DNA of 57,412 bases, the filler included, from Sphacelaria rigidula (Eukaryota): assembly GCA_964200075.2 (NCBI GenBank). It is 7 parts of 7 records of this genome, joined end to end, with 100 filler letters (N's around TTAATTAATTAA, not from the genome) between each part and the next. Parts side by side here need not be neighbours in the genome. Positions count along the whole stretch, not along the records: positions 32,867 to 40,982 come from CAXNAA020012244.1; positions 41,083 to 49,197 come from CAXNAA020012245.1; 5 more parts are not named here. One strand, 5' to 3'. This document shows, one piece after another, positions 35,780-49,130 of the stretch (position 1 is its first letter; each line of letters opens with the position of its first letter). The notes below the pieces were generated by a model. It ran no database searches, had not been told where the DNA came from, and saw only the letters and a list, made by a program, of their open reading frames with translations. A program made the position numbers and the translations under genes.

Positions 35780-37392
35780 CTGCAGTACATACATACATGC
35801 GTGTAGGAACGGTGCGGTGCGGCGCGGTAAACAAGAGTGCATGCATGTCGCCAAATAACAGCGTCCGCGTGTACGTCCGTACTGGGAGATCGACGACAAA
35901 GAGCAGCCCACGTGAATGACACCATACCCGAGGAGCACTTTACAGTGCGCGTCGCAGACACTGCAGAGTAAATGCTGCCAAATTAGGCATGCGTGGATAG
36001 GCCCTACCATGATACCCCGTTTTTGCACACTCCTCTAGTCCGCATCCCCCCCCCCCCCCCAGGTCCACACCCGTGTGTCATGATCTGCACAGGGGGTTCT
36101 CTATACAATGACAAGTATATCAGTTTTACATACTCCTCCGGTTCTTGCTTCTGGCTTTCTCTCGGGTCCGTCCTTTGTCCGGCGTGTTCGATCAGTGCAT
36201 GTCCATAAGAACTTCCCTTTCCGCATTTTCTTGTATTTCTCGGGCGGCGCAGGGAAGGGGGTAGCGGTATGATTCACTCCCCTCCTATCGTAATTCTCCT
36301 ACTCGAGCCATCTGCGCCAACCTTGCGACCGCGGCTGGGCTTGTTGCGTGTCAGCTAATGACAAAACCTAATCGATCAATCTTTGGTCCGTCTACCCCTT
36401 CGGTCCGCACCCCCGTGGCGCCATCTGTCCGGCACGGGTCTTGATGATGTTGCACGCCGTGGGGAACCAAGTCTATTTCAGAGACCATTTCTGTCGATGT
36501 CCAGTCCAGCGCACGTCGAGATTTTCTGGATCTTTGCTGTGCGGCTGTCTGCCGTATTGATTCGACGTCCCGAGAAAATCGAGCGACCTCGTGCTACGGG
36601 AACATTCTTGCTCCTCTTATATATACGGCAAGTCGAAACCGTAGGCATCAACAAGTAAGGCCCAACATCACCTATTAGGTTGTCTAGCTCCTGATCCCTC
36701 AAGGATAAACGGGCATACACTCGATTTTGTAGTGAACACCACTGCGTAGTACATGTCGCACAGTGAATGCCTGTGATGTAGTGCGAAGGGGCTACGAGTT
36801 TCTCACTCGTCGAGCGGCAACTGACGGTGTATTGGTTCAACCTAGCGGGTCCTACACGTAGGACAGCAAGTGCACTGTGGGGAACAAACGCAAAAAAGCT
36901 CCGTTGCGGCTATCCTAGCACCAGGCACGCCTAATCTTCTGCCTCCTGAGTCCTTTTTTTCAACGATTAGCTCGTCAAAGTCGGTGAAACCGCCCTTTAA
37001 CCCTCTCGGAACTCGCGGGAAACAGTACAAACTCCCTATGCGAGCTTTCGTCACCGGGAAACGTCACTTCGAGTTCGGTGCATGAATCTGTCACATTAGT
37101 ATACATGAAGTTAGAGTGGTGCACCATTTTGGTGTGCTGCGTGCATCATCAACAGTTGGAGAAAAACGACCATATCTTGCGCAAGAAAACGTCAACTGTA
37201 AAACGTCATTCTTCCATCAACGGTTCCGACCGGGTTAAGAGTACCTGGACATGCGCTCAAACCAGTGGGACATGACACTACCTTGGCTATTTTCGACGAG
37301 ATTACAATCGTTCGTCTTACTTGATTGTCCAGATCGCCCCCCTACGACACTTGGAGGATGACGCCTTAGCATACCCGACGCGGAAGCTTCAC

Positions 37393-37474
37393 CTTAATCT
37401 TGGTACCGTCGACGATAAGGTGTTCGCCATCGTGAGAAACTTCGCCCGGGTACACGCCGTGCACGGTGTCGTAT
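37393..37474 (-). CDS. GAPDH: GAPDH exon
   Basis: cag|A-YDTVHGVYPGEVSHDGEHLIVDGTKIK|gt; phase matches both neighbouring exons. Confidence 0.95.
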
Positions 37475-37819
37475 CTGATGATCCACACGAAGCGACAAGA
37501 ATGGATGCAGGCATTACGTTCGTTGAGCAAAACGAGCAACGACGACAGAGACGAAAAAAGATCACGACGAACGTGCGATGCGTAGGACTACTGCTGTCGT
37601 CGTCGGTACCAAATGCGGTTGGACACACGGACTCCCCATGTACTCGGTGTTTTTTTTTTCGAGACTGGGTTGTCTGTATGTGTACTCCACATATGTTCAA
37701 CGCTCGCTGGCAAATGCACTTTACTGGAAGGCTGCAGTTTCGATAATAAAAAAAGAAAAAGCGAGACTTGCCTAGGCATATTCTCAAGATCGACTTTTTT
37801 TTTTTGTGTTAGGTGGGGT

Positions 37820-38510
37820 TTACTCCTGATCTTGCATTGCCCTAGTCATAAGACAATTGACCTCGCATCCCTACAAAGCCAGGACGGAGCATGCCTGGTT
37901 TTCATCGGGCCGGGTTCGCAGTCACCAAGCGCCGAGCAAAATGTGTTCGGCGAGTCGCGTGAAAGGTGAGCTGCATCCTGTAAAGACTGTTCGGCCGGAA
38001 GCATACTGATTATCTTGCATGTGGAGGACAGCCTCTAATGAGTTGCCTCGTTTTCCGGTATCGCCACTTCCACAGACAGCCACGGCTTACACACTGCCTC
38101 CTGGGCGTCTCACCATTCAAGCACGATGTAGTACGATCATTCTCTTTTGCGTGGAGTTGGGGTTCTCCACCTCACACAATATGATCTAGCTCGACCAGCA
38201 TCATGGTGACCGCAGAAAACACTCATTTTTTGTTTGTGTGTGTATGTGGGGGGGAGGGGGGTGGGTTACTCATGATCTTGCATGCCAAGTCATATGACCA
38301 TGAGGCGAGTGGCATGAAGGGTGAGCTGGATCCTGCTAAGATTGGTCAGCCCGAAGCGTACTGATTATCTTGTATTCGCATGATGGCTTCCAATGAATTA
38401 CTTCATTTTTTGGTATCACCACTTGCTGAGACAGCCATAGCTTATACACTGCCTCATGGCTGTCTCACCATTTAACTAGTACGCAGTATGATCATCCTCC
38501 TTGCGCAGAA
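37820..38510 (-). mobile_element. Two tandem copies of SINE/LINE-tail family C; other copies at 16275-16334, 16435-16540, 32867-33090, 45835-46000(+), 51430-51750(+)
   Basis: Shared blocks TACTCATGATCTTGCATGCC..GACCATTGACCTCGCATCCCTACAAAGCC and GCTGCATCCTG..TGATTATCTTGCATTTGGATGACAGC..GGTATCGCCACTTCC. Confidence 0.85.
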
Positions 38511-38533
38511 TCGAGGTTCGGTGGGGGGGGGGC

Positions 38534-38601
38534 GTACTCATTTGTTGCTTGCCTTAGTCATTTGACCATTGACCACGCATCCCTTTCGAGACGGAGCACC
38601 G
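38534..38601 (-). mobile_element. Severely 5'-truncated LINE 3' end; others at 46761-46821(-), 47033-47100(+), 49316-49411(+)
   Basis: GTACTCATTTGTTGCTTGCCTTAGTC..GACCATTGACCACGCATCCCTTTCGAGACGGAGCAC, nearly identical to the LINE terminus at 21499-21565. Confidence 0.85.
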
Positions 38602-39125
38602 AGGTTCGGTGGGGGGGGACGGCTATTTGTAAAATGGGGTATACCGCGTGAATTCAGGGATGAAAAGTGGTATACTTTACGGTCCCTAAATCCATTAGAT
38701 ATACCGCATTTTGTCATTTCACTTTTTAATACATCAACCAATTTGGTATTTTTTCAGCTCGGCAACTGTAGAAATATATATTCTTGTACAAAACACGTTT
38801 CATAAGTATGCTCGTGGGGAGGAAAGTATACTACCGATTCGAAAGTACTATGGCCCGTATCATGGCACACTTGAGCACACGTTCTGATTACGCAACGAAT
38901 CCAATCACTCTCAACCTCGCCTACGACCTTTGACAATTCGATTATTGTACCTGGTACTTTATTTGGCTCCTGTCACCTGTGAAAAATATACTGCACGTAA
39001 TTCGTTACCAAAAATCACGTCTATTGCTCTCTAAATAGTCCAATAATGCCGAACAAAAATCACGAACAAGTTTTAGACCATTTGAGAAAAAAAACTAGCA
39101 CCTACGCTTACAACAGTAACACTCA

Positions 39126-39458
<333 letters not shown>

Positions 39459-39899
39459 CTATTGTACCCACTTCCCTAAACTACTCCGTATAACTTACAG
39501 GGGCATCGATTACCGTTGGTGGGACCTACAATCTACGGGCGTTTGCCCCAAATAAGCTTTTTTGGTATTACCTTAGCGGTAAATTACCGAAAAATCGGGG
39601 ATGGTCCGTAATCGTCTCCCCGGGTTTCCGTTTTTTTCTCAAAAGATCAGTGTAAACCCGCTGCAAGCGCCTGAAAACAAACCAGACCCTGGGAAAATTG
39701 ATGTTCGATGTGGACGGCCGCCACTGCTGCTGCTCTGCCACTGCGGACGAGGTGAAATGCAGCTCGTGAACGTTTGCACGTAGAATAGTAAAATTTCCGC
39801 ACATTAGCCCGATCTCCCGCACCCGTGGTCACAGATGTATGTACTTTAAGGGCATATGGCCTGGTAATTGTCGTGGGTCATTTTTTTTTTTCGCTTTTA

Positions 39900-40077
39900 T
39901 TTTATTTTATTTATCTACCTTGTCTGCTCCACGTTTCTGTCTCCTTCACGTTTCTTCAGCGAGTGTTTCCAGTTTCTCATCTCGGGTACGTCTATCATGT
40001 AACTACTGTGATCACGGCTGGATCCCCGAGGGATTAGTTGAAGTGCGACAATCAACCAATCAATCAGTCGATCAATC
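39900..40077 (+). mobile_element. (CAAT)n/(CAA)n-tailed retroposon family D; others at ~32520-32662, ~40250-40432, ~43800-44033
   Basis: Common 3' block CACGGCTGGAYCCC...AGTTGAAGTGCGRCAATC followed by CAAT repeats. The 43.9-kb copy ends in AATGTGAGGA plus about 16 CAA units. Confidence 0.7.
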
Positions 40078-42975
40078 TTCAGTCACCTACCCCACCACGG
40101 TACTGCCGGTAACTACCGGTGTACAGGTAATCGGCATTCCTGATCATTTTCAGCCGGTACCCTAGATACCCTAAAATACTGAGTATTATTTTCAGCGGGC
40201 GATATCACACGTACCCTGGAACACTGGCTATTTTCGGCAGTCTATAGCAGTCTACTTCGTTTCTTTGTCTTATCTTCTCGTTCTTTCCGCAACCTTTCAT
40301 CTTTTTTCAGCGAGCATTTCCACCTTGCTTACCTTGGCTTACATGCGTCTATTTTATGGATAATGACCGCCATCGGGTCCCTCATGGACCAGTTAATGTG
40401 CGACAAGCAATAAACTCAATCAATCAATCAATCGAGTATCACAGATACCCTTCGGTATTTGGCCCTGCACTTGTCCTGAAAATCCAGAGGTACCTCGGAT
40501 ACCCGGTACCAGACCCTAATCAAAACATTTACAACTTACAATAGATACATCTTGATGCACAGTGAGCGCAGACTGAGCATGCAAGACAACAGTGTTGTAC
40601 TGGTGGGTAGGTGAATAAAAGTGAACGCATATTCCCTACTTCTTTTCGACTGTACCCGTTATAGCATCACGCAATAATCTCAACAAAAATATCTTCCTTT
40701 CAAGTGTTACAAAACAAAAACAAAAGGAGACAGAAACAACGGTACAAAAGGTGCGCATACAAACACCATCGTGAGCAATTTTGTTCGCTATACTGTGCTA
40801 CTTACTTCAACGGAAGGCGTAACACTTTTCTCATTGTTACTAGTGCAACCGAAAATATATATATTATTTTATTTTCATTGAAGAAACATTTTTTTTTCTT
40901 TATCGTGCTATAATTTTTGTTTCTGAGCTGAACCCCTAACATGGTGGCCATACTACTCTCCTTGTGTCACCCGTCCTTTTCTNNNNNNNNNNNNNNNNNN
41001 NNNNNNNNNNNNNNNNNNNNNNNNNNTTAATTAATTAANNNNNNNNNNNNNNNNNNNNNNNNNNNNNNNNNNNNNNNNNNNNTATCTACACAACGCCAGC
41101 CAACGTCTGCTGAAGGGCGTAGACGGGGGTGGTGGAGGTGGAGGTGGGAGGGTTGAAGGGTGTCCTCGGCGCCGTGCTCGTAGCCAGAGCTCGAATCCTT
41201 TCAGTAATAGTTGTCAACCTCTGAACTTCGCTTTTTTAACTAAAAGCGATTTTTGTTGGTCTTTCGATTCCTACGACCCACGCACAGTTTCCGTTAAATG
41301 CCGAACTTTGGGAATCGAGAGAAATGAATACGCGGTACAATTCACGAGAAATATACATATGTATATATATATTTATATATATATAAGCCGCACGGGACCC
41401 GGGGCTGCGCCCCCGTGAGACTAAATCCTCTCTCGAAATGTTCATGCCCGCCGGAAACATTGCAGGACCACCGCGATCGCGCGTCCGTTCGAACGGTCGC
41501 GAACGCTTGTGTACCACCGCACAAAGTAAAGTACGAATCCGCTAACCGGACCCCTAGCACTAACATTGGCCCGAACAGTCATCTCCCGGAGCGGGTGCGG
41601 AGAAACTTTCACACTAAAATCAGCATTAACTCTCGTGGACGCCTCGTTACAAAGTATGATTCACGCTCGTGAGCTCAAAATATTCTGAATGTATACTATA
41701 GGTGTATATTTACGACCAATATGAACGATATACAGGCCTACCAGTCTTTGGGGGTCCTACGAGTGTACAGCTCTCGGTTCTCGTTCGTCGATACTTTCGC
41801 TCGACCGAACCGATCCGGATCGTTGTAATGGACAGTTCAACGGTCATAGATTTTCTATTCTATCTATATTTATTGCGCTACAGCCAAAATACCGTTTCAT
41901 TCATCTCCCCGGATTCATACCTGGCAATACAGGCAGGACCCTGAACATCGACTTCAACGGCGCTCGCATGTGTACCGATGCTCGACGCTCTGCTACACAG
42001 AAGAGACTTCGGGAGCAGGCTCACCTTCATGGTACTTGCACACAACACGGGTGAGATTTAAGCAGCATCCTATCGAGGGTGAATGGGAAGCGTAGAGATG
42101 TACCTTTATTTGTCCGAAAACCTACACCGTGACTCAAGGCAGCCTAAAACACACACCTTCGAACTGAAGGGAGGTTACTAAGGATGCACCCTTCAGAATG
42201 TACGGGTTGGCGGGGCCCAAGTTGGTGCCTCTCCGGCGACAAAATGGGCCAAGACACGACTGCTGTGCACCCTCTCGACAACCTGGGTGGTGCCAGCGCC
42301 TTTCACAGGATCCGAATGTCAGCCGTTACTCTAAAACCAGTATATTTGGTAAGATTGTATGCTGTAGCGTATACCGGCTGAAAGTCGGATACTTGAAGAG
42401 GTAACAAAAAGAGTATTATGGCGGCAACGACTCTTCCGAACCACACCAGATTGTTCGAAATAAAACTCGATACCTTGCCTGACTACGTCGGAATACTCGG
42501 TACACATTTTTTCAGAATGGTTTGGTATGTGAACCAAAAAATACCCCGCTTGCGGGTATACCCTATCTAAACACAACACAACCTTGTAGTTTTCAACCCT
42601 TGGATTTTGGCAAAGAATTGCGGGTGGACAAACGTAGTATTGTTGCACTCATAATAAAACTATTCCCGTTCTCTGGGCTTCCTCGTTTCCGGAAAAAAAA
42701 CAACGACGGATATATATGTAGGCGCGACCGTAGTGTACCGCTGTGACAAAAGAGGTTTTCGAGGAACCGTGTTCTTGATTCCTGGCCCCTAAAAGCCGGA
42801 AACAGTGACAAAAAGCACATCTTGCATCCATATTACCAATCATATCATGACTTCATTTTGAGCCACACACATACGAACCGATACTCCAATCTCCGATTTT
42901 TGGGGTTACTCTTGCATGAAAAATAATAGTGGTGTACCACTGCGCACGTTCCATGCCAAAATGAGTTCTCTTTCT

Positions 42976-43077
42976 CACACACGACACACACACACGCACG
43001 CACGCACAAACACACACACACACACACACACACGCACGCACGCACGCACAAACACACACACACACACACACACACAA
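42976..43077. repeat. Compound (CA)n/(CACG)n microsatellite
   Basis: Read directly. Confidence 0.95.
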
Positions 43078-43085
43078 ATTCGCAC

Positions 43086-43197
43086 CTTTGCGAGTCTTGG
43101 TATAGCCTTCGTCCCACGCCAGCTCCCGTGCGGCGGTGTCAATCCACTCATATGCCGCGGACACGAGACGCATAGCATTGTCCATAGGTAGACGCAC
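43086..43197 (-). CDS. Orphan internal exon, unknown protein
   Basis: cag|VRLPMDNAMRLVSAAYEWIDTAARELAWDEGYTKTRK-G|gtgcga; open frame with canonical splice sites and protein-like composition. Confidence 0.6.
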
Positions 43198-43983
43198 CTG
43201 TTCCGCCCGGTGTCGAGGGACAACGCCAAACTCAATCGAGATCGAACACAAATTATGACGCTTTGAGGAGCATGAGCTAGCTGTTACTGTAGGTGCCCGT
43301 TTTCAATAAACGCTGGGCTCGGTTCCGGAAGGTCTTCATCTTTTTATTGCTTTTCACTTTTTGTCTCTCCTTTTGCGCTCCCCCCTGCGCGGAAAGGGGA
43401 TACGCACGGCAAGTTTGTGATATACTTACGCTGTTGTCTAGATAAATATGAAATCCCGTCGAAAGTCGTGGACGAATAAACATTATTGAAAAGAATAGCC
43501 CTCTATTCCGGGTGTGACACCGGATTAACTCAGTCACCAGCATTGGCACACTAGAAACAAGTAACCATCTCTGAGGTTGGTGGGCTTCTGCAGAACAGCC
43601 ATACTTTGACCTACGTCAACACTTTTTCGACACAATTAATAGTCATCGTAGTCGGATCCTATGTTCATTTCTACTTGATCTCGCGCGTCGAGTCGGAAAG
43701 CCGGGTGCCACCCCCTGAAGTCCGAATGGCCACCTGCGGCACCGGATCCTCTAAGGTTAGCCACATGTATTATATTATTATTATTTATTTATTTTACTTA
43801 TCCCTGTTTTGCTTGTATCGCGTTTTGTGAGTTTTAATCTAGGTCTACTTTGGGGGTTTTCGGTTTTGTTTGATTTCCTCATACCTTATTACAGGTAGCT
43901 AGCCTGTGACCACGGGAGGCGTCCTCACCAGGTGCTCAGTACGAATGTACCGCGCAGATATCGGAACGGTTTTCAATGTGAGG

Positions 43984-44034
<51 letters not shown>

Positions 44035-47000
44035 TGTACTTCGACCGTTCCAGGCCTGCAACTCCCGTAGTACGTTAGAACGATGTCTATTCACGTCCAT
44101 TTACTTTATTTCTCACTTGTACTTAACCAAGAACATCGGCAACGGGCGAGAGACCATGCCCACAGAGACCAAAATGTAGCATCTTTTCTTGTTTTTTGCT
44201 TCGTTTCCCTTCGAAAGCGTGCACAGTATATGACGCCACTGCTGCAGTAATACGATGGAAACAAGATTGGAGTTATCCTACGATAGGTAGGGGGGGGGGG
44301 GGGTATTTTGGGCCACTTCTTGCACGAGTTCCAAGTCAACTCGTCGTTGAAAGCAGTAGCGGTTGCTCCAACGAGCTTGTTGTCAGTAAGTAACGCTCAT
44401 TCATACCGATCGACACCGTTTTGAACCAAGTACAAGCGCACCGCGAGTGTGGCACGTCGTCTGGCACATCTATGAGCCTCTTTTCCGTGCATTCATATAT
44501 CCCCCCTCCTCCTATCGTAGACTGACTCATTGACATCATCTTGAGAGGCTGAACAGGTGTTGACAGGATCCACACGACATGTAGAATATCTGGTAACTCG
44601 ACATGTTGACTCTTTGGTAGCTTGATGACGACTTATCTGGCGGCTACCGGGCAAAAAGTGGATTGGTTTGTTGAGATCATGGACGCGTCTCAAGCAAGGG
44701 AATGAGTTCGAAGTATGACAAATATATACTGATATTATGTGATGGATGTGAAGTATTCGAGTCCACTTTTACGAAAAACAGATCCCCGCCGGTCCTTTCG
44801 GCTTCGATTTTCACGATCCACCCCTCGCAAACGCACATGGCATATAATGGACAAACATCAAAAGTACCAACGAGCAGCGGGGTAGACTGCGGAAACCTGA
44901 GTGACGAGGCAACGATGAAACACACCACGCCTGCATTTCCCGTCCAAACAAATGCAGGCAGGAAAATGGTCGGGGGCACGAAGCCGCCAGCAAATACCCT
45001 ACATGAACCGGATGAAATGAGTTCGGCTGGTACATTTATCTGGAGAACGAGCTGACCTTTCTTAGCTTTGCTCATCACAACTCCCCAAGAAGCATCGCTC
45101 CTATCGTGCTGGGGAATCACGCCCATCGATTACAGCTCCCCAAGGAAATGGGCGTGCAAGTGTGCAGGACTGTGATGTACTGAGCTGTTTGGTGCAGCGT
45201 AACGTTGTACTGTACTGCACTGTTGTAGTACTCTGCCCAATATAAGATAGGGAAGCCACGCAGCCTACACATGTCGTGGGTGTGTGGCTGATTTCCGTTG
45301 TATGCATCATTTTCCGCATTAACGAGCAGCCTGCAAAAAGCGCCACAGGTCTTTCATGAGCCCCGAGCCCACCAGGATTCGACCGTCTGTCGAGTCCGGA
45401 TACACAGCCAATACTCATCAGCGCATGACCGCATGGAGCAAGTCATTGGCGCCAGGTGGTGCAGTACGAATACCGCGTCACGACCATCGTCCGTATACCT
45501 CGTACATACGCATGCACTTTTCCCGGATTGGAGAGAGCGGTCTGACTCCTCCGGACGTGTATGCGTTCTCGCATCCATGTATCTCCTTTATTTCGAGTGC
45601 GTATCTTTACAGATACACTACCACCACGATACCAACGGCTAATTTCCGAACAGGCACATTTATTGTTTTTCGAAGTTCTCAGGTCTTAATCGATGGAGAT
45701 CACAAAAAATATCTTGCAATTTCCTCCGCAGGATTTTTCCCACGGTGAAGTGGGGCTCGCAAAAAAAGAGGTTCAGTGGGTGATAGCTTGGTAGGTCAAA
45801 TTAACCCCCCTCCCCTCTCCTCCCTCCCCTCCCTCCGGCGTACTCCGTCCCGGCTTTGTAGGAATACGAGATCAATGACCTCATGAACATGGCATGCAAG
45901 ATCATAAGTACATGCTCCTCCTCCGGCGGAAATCCGGCGTGCTCCGTACCGGTTTTGTAGGGATGCGAGGTCCAAATGGTCTCATGACTGTAGCATGCAA
46001 TATCACAATATCACGAAGATTTTTGTGTAGTGTTACGCAGTCGCTGAGTTGTATGTAGTTCGAAAGCTACCCGTCGACTAAGTCGTGCTACATCAGACGT
46101 TCGATAGATGACTACACTCCTGTGCTCATGGAGCGCCACCCTGTACGGGAACGAGGATCCACCTCACCGCTTGTATCTTGCATCAGCGGTATCACTTATC
46201 CCTTCCACCATGGTAACTTCTATTATGTAAACAGCGATATGCAGCATGTGGTCTACTCGTCCGTGTTTGGCCATTTTCTACTCACGTGGGACCGGAGTTT
46301 CCGGCTGTTTCCGTTGATTCACCTATACTCGTCGATCTTGTAATTACATTAGGGTTCATTGCAGATCACATCATGTCTCACAATCTCACAGATCAATCAG
46401 AACCCGGAACTACATGTTTCGTGCAGTGTTCGGTCGCCCGCATGGGTTAGCTAGTAACCACGACAATCTTCTGCCGAGGATCGAGGCATTTCATGATATG
46501 ATCCGAAAGTGGAAAACGACCATTTAATCAGAAAACAACATTCGCTTGATCTCTCGACGACGGAAAAGGAACAGCCGGACCCTTCTCGCGATAAAGAGTG
46601 AGGCAATCACCGCGGAAGGAAAGTGGGAAAATATTTTTGAAAACAAAAACTGTGTGACTCCGGTGGGAGCACCTAAATACTCCGGAACGTGCAGGCCTCC
46701 AGAATGACGGTGACGAGAACACGTACACAGTGTAGGTGTGATGTTGCGATAGGGGGTGGGGTACTCATTTGTTGCCTGCCTTAGTCGTTCGACCATTGAC
46801 CACGCATCCCTTTCGAGACGGAAGGGGTGGGGGGGATTGAACCATTTCTTCCACGAAGCCTCACCTCAAATCGCCTTCGGAAGCAGCAACGTTTGTTCGA
46901 ATGCGTTTTTATCGATAACAAAATACTCATTCCTACCAGCTGACACCGTTTTCACTCAATTACAAACACACCGGGAGTCATGAAATCGTCCAACACACCT

Positions 47001-47167
47001 GTGAGAGCCTGTTATTTGGTGGAACCCCCTCCCCTGCTCCGTCTCGCAATGGATGCGTGGTCAATGGTCAGACGACTAAAGCAAGCAACACATGAGAACG
47101 CCCCCTGCTGCCCCCATCATCACTCATCCGCACTACGTTGGTTGCCATCGCGGGCATCGCATACCGT

Positions 47168-47366
47168 TGTAATGCGTGAGAGGACCGCGTGCTTAGAGGA
47201 CCGCATGGTAGTTCGAAACACCTCAGGATCGACGTTTTTCATAACCAATCGGGGCAGTCTCTGCAGGGACCACGCCCCTGACGACAACCCCAACACTAAC
47301 CCTAACCATGGGCATGTTCAAATTCCGATGCGGTCCTCTACGCACGCGGTCCTCTCACGCATTACA
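47168..47366. mobile_element. MITE with 39-bp terminal inverted repeats
   Basis: TGTAATGCGTGAGAGGACCGCGTGCTTAGAGGACCGCAT (47168-47206) versus its reverse complement at 47328-47366, one mismatch. Internal CTAACCCTAACC. Confidence 0.85.
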
Positions 47367-47546
47367 CCCTGCCTCAAAACCCATCATATGTGTTCTCGAA
47401 ACGCAGCGTAGTTACCAAAACCCAAGAAGGGAAAACTAGAGTGTTGAGTTTCTCAAACTTCCATCTCTGTGGTCCTCATGTGTCACCATACGTAGTCTTG
47501 CCTGTACGCCTGTACGATTCCAGGCCGTTTCCCACAGGACCCGCAC

Positions 47547-47645
47547 TTTCTCCGCGGCGGCTGCTGTGGATACAGCGGAAAATGCATCAAGGCCTTCTGT
47601 TTTCATCGTGACCGAGCTGGTCTTGACCATGGACTCAATCACCAC
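47547..47645 (-). CDS. Orphan internal exon, probably the same gene as 43086-43197
   Basis: cag|VVIESMVKTSSVTMKTEGLDAFSAVSTAAAAEK|gtgcgg; 99 nt, phase 0. Confidence 0.5.
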
Positions 47646-47844
47646 CTGTTTGAGGTAGAAAACAAAATAATTACATTAAAAAAGAAGCGCATTTTGACTG
47701 CTTTCTTTTAGCCAGTAAGGGGGATCGCAGCAGGTGGCTTCAGGGCAAGCAGTAGGCCGAAAACCTCAGTAAACCGGCGAGGACAGGAGAGGGAAGAGAG
47801 AGGTCGTGCCACGCACGTTACCGTGTGTGGTTTTGTTAAGACTG

Positions 47845-48212
47845 CACACTCTGTACAACTACGACTAACAACGAACTAAGATAGTTGTTTGTCGACCAAC
47901 TACCGGCTAGTGAGTTTTTAAGCAACTAGCTGCGCACGATTCTAAGAGAGTAGTTGTCTGGAAAGAACTAGTTGCGCACGATTCTAAAAGAGTAGTTGTT
48001 TGGAAAGAACGAGTTGCGCACGATTCTGGAACAGCAACTGTTTGGAAGCAACTAGTTGCGCACGATTCTGAACAGTTAGTTGTTTGACAAACAACTAGTT
48101 GCACACGATTCTGAGCAGTAAGTTGTTTGACAAACAACAAGCTGCACACGATTCTGAACAGTAAGTTATTTGGAAAGAACTACCAACAACTGTTGTAGTT
48201 GTACAGGGTGTG
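47845..48212. mobile_element. hAT-like MITE with 18-bp TIRs enclosing six 42-43 bp tandem units
   Basis: CACACTCTGTACAACTAC / GTAGTTGTACAGGGTGTG (17 of 18 match). Flanks TAAGACTG / AAAGATTG resemble a decayed 8-bp TSD. Internal unit AACTAGTTGCGCACGATTCT... Confidence 0.8.
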
Positions 48213-48900
48213 AAAGATTGCAGTTGTGCGTAGTTAGCATATCCGAAAGAGAAAAGTATGATGGCCTAGGTACTGTCTGGGTTGTGAAACATGTGTGTTT
48301 ATCTAGACGACGACTGTAAGTTGCGTTTTGCCCAAAATAATGGTATATATATATACAAGCCCCTCGGGACCGTCGCTGAACTCCGGTCCCTCACGCCTTT
48401 TTTCCTAGAAGCGAGTGATGATGGAGGCAACTATTGCGAAGCTTATTCAAGGAGTGGAGAAAAGGGGCGACACGTGTAAACAAGCCCTCGTGAGGGGAGA
48501 ATCGTTTTTCCGATAGACACGATCGCCAATATCATTTATATTGGATTAGAAAAAGAGTATGCACGAAGAAGTACGTAGCATCGGGTGGAACCGCCGCTTC
48601 GCTGCGGATCTCCGCGATTGTCGCCGCAAAAGCAGACAATAAGGCCGACACTTACAACGAAGCCCTTGTGGGAGGAGACCGTGCATGATATTCACATCAG
48701 CTGTAATGATGCATGTCCACAGCGAAGTCGGTGGTCCGTGTATGCCTAAGGTGAGTGGGGACGCGTGCATTCTTCGTATGACGCCAACCACAATTTACCT
48801 TGTTCAGTTCAGTGTGAGAACTCGACACATCCAGGTTCGCGTTGACGTGATAGCTGTTGATAATCGTTGCCAATTTATGTTGAATGACGTACATGAACCG

Positions 48901-49130
48901 GTCGCCCCGGTGGCTCAGTTGGTAACCTCCAAACCCTCTGAAGGTGGGGTCATGGGTTCGAATCTCGGAGCGATCTAGAACTTTTTCTCACACACAGTGT
49001 ACAACGCTGGAGAGCGATCATATGTCGTGGGTACACAACATTCGACGTAATGGTCGACGAGGGAAATAAAGGACTGCTGAAATCCTCTCGCGATAAACGC
49101 TAAAGGCAAGCACCGCAGAAGGGAGGAGCC
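48901..49130 (+). mobile_element. tRNA-derived SINE, family E; headless tail copy at ~46550-46625
   Basis: A box TGGCTCAGTTGG, B box GGTTCGAATCT, then T5. The tail TCTCGCGATAAA...AGGCAA.CACCGC.GAAGG is shared with 46580-46620. Confidence 0.75.

Noticed and set aside
41383-41702. Helitron-like element next to a (TA)n tract
   Set aside because: A GC-rich terminal hairpin is possible, but there is no CTRR end and no second copy in the window.
47920-48185. CRISPR-like look of the 40-43 bp arrays (also 7750-8117)
   Set aside because: The intervening parts are homologous to each other rather than unique spacers, there are no cas genes, the context is eukaryotic, and this array lies inside TIRs.
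48901-48975. tRNA gene (also 1090-1165 and 5700-5785)
   Set aside because: A/B boxes are present, but I could not fold a convincing acceptor and anticodon stem, and each head is attached to a repeated body; treated as SINE heads.
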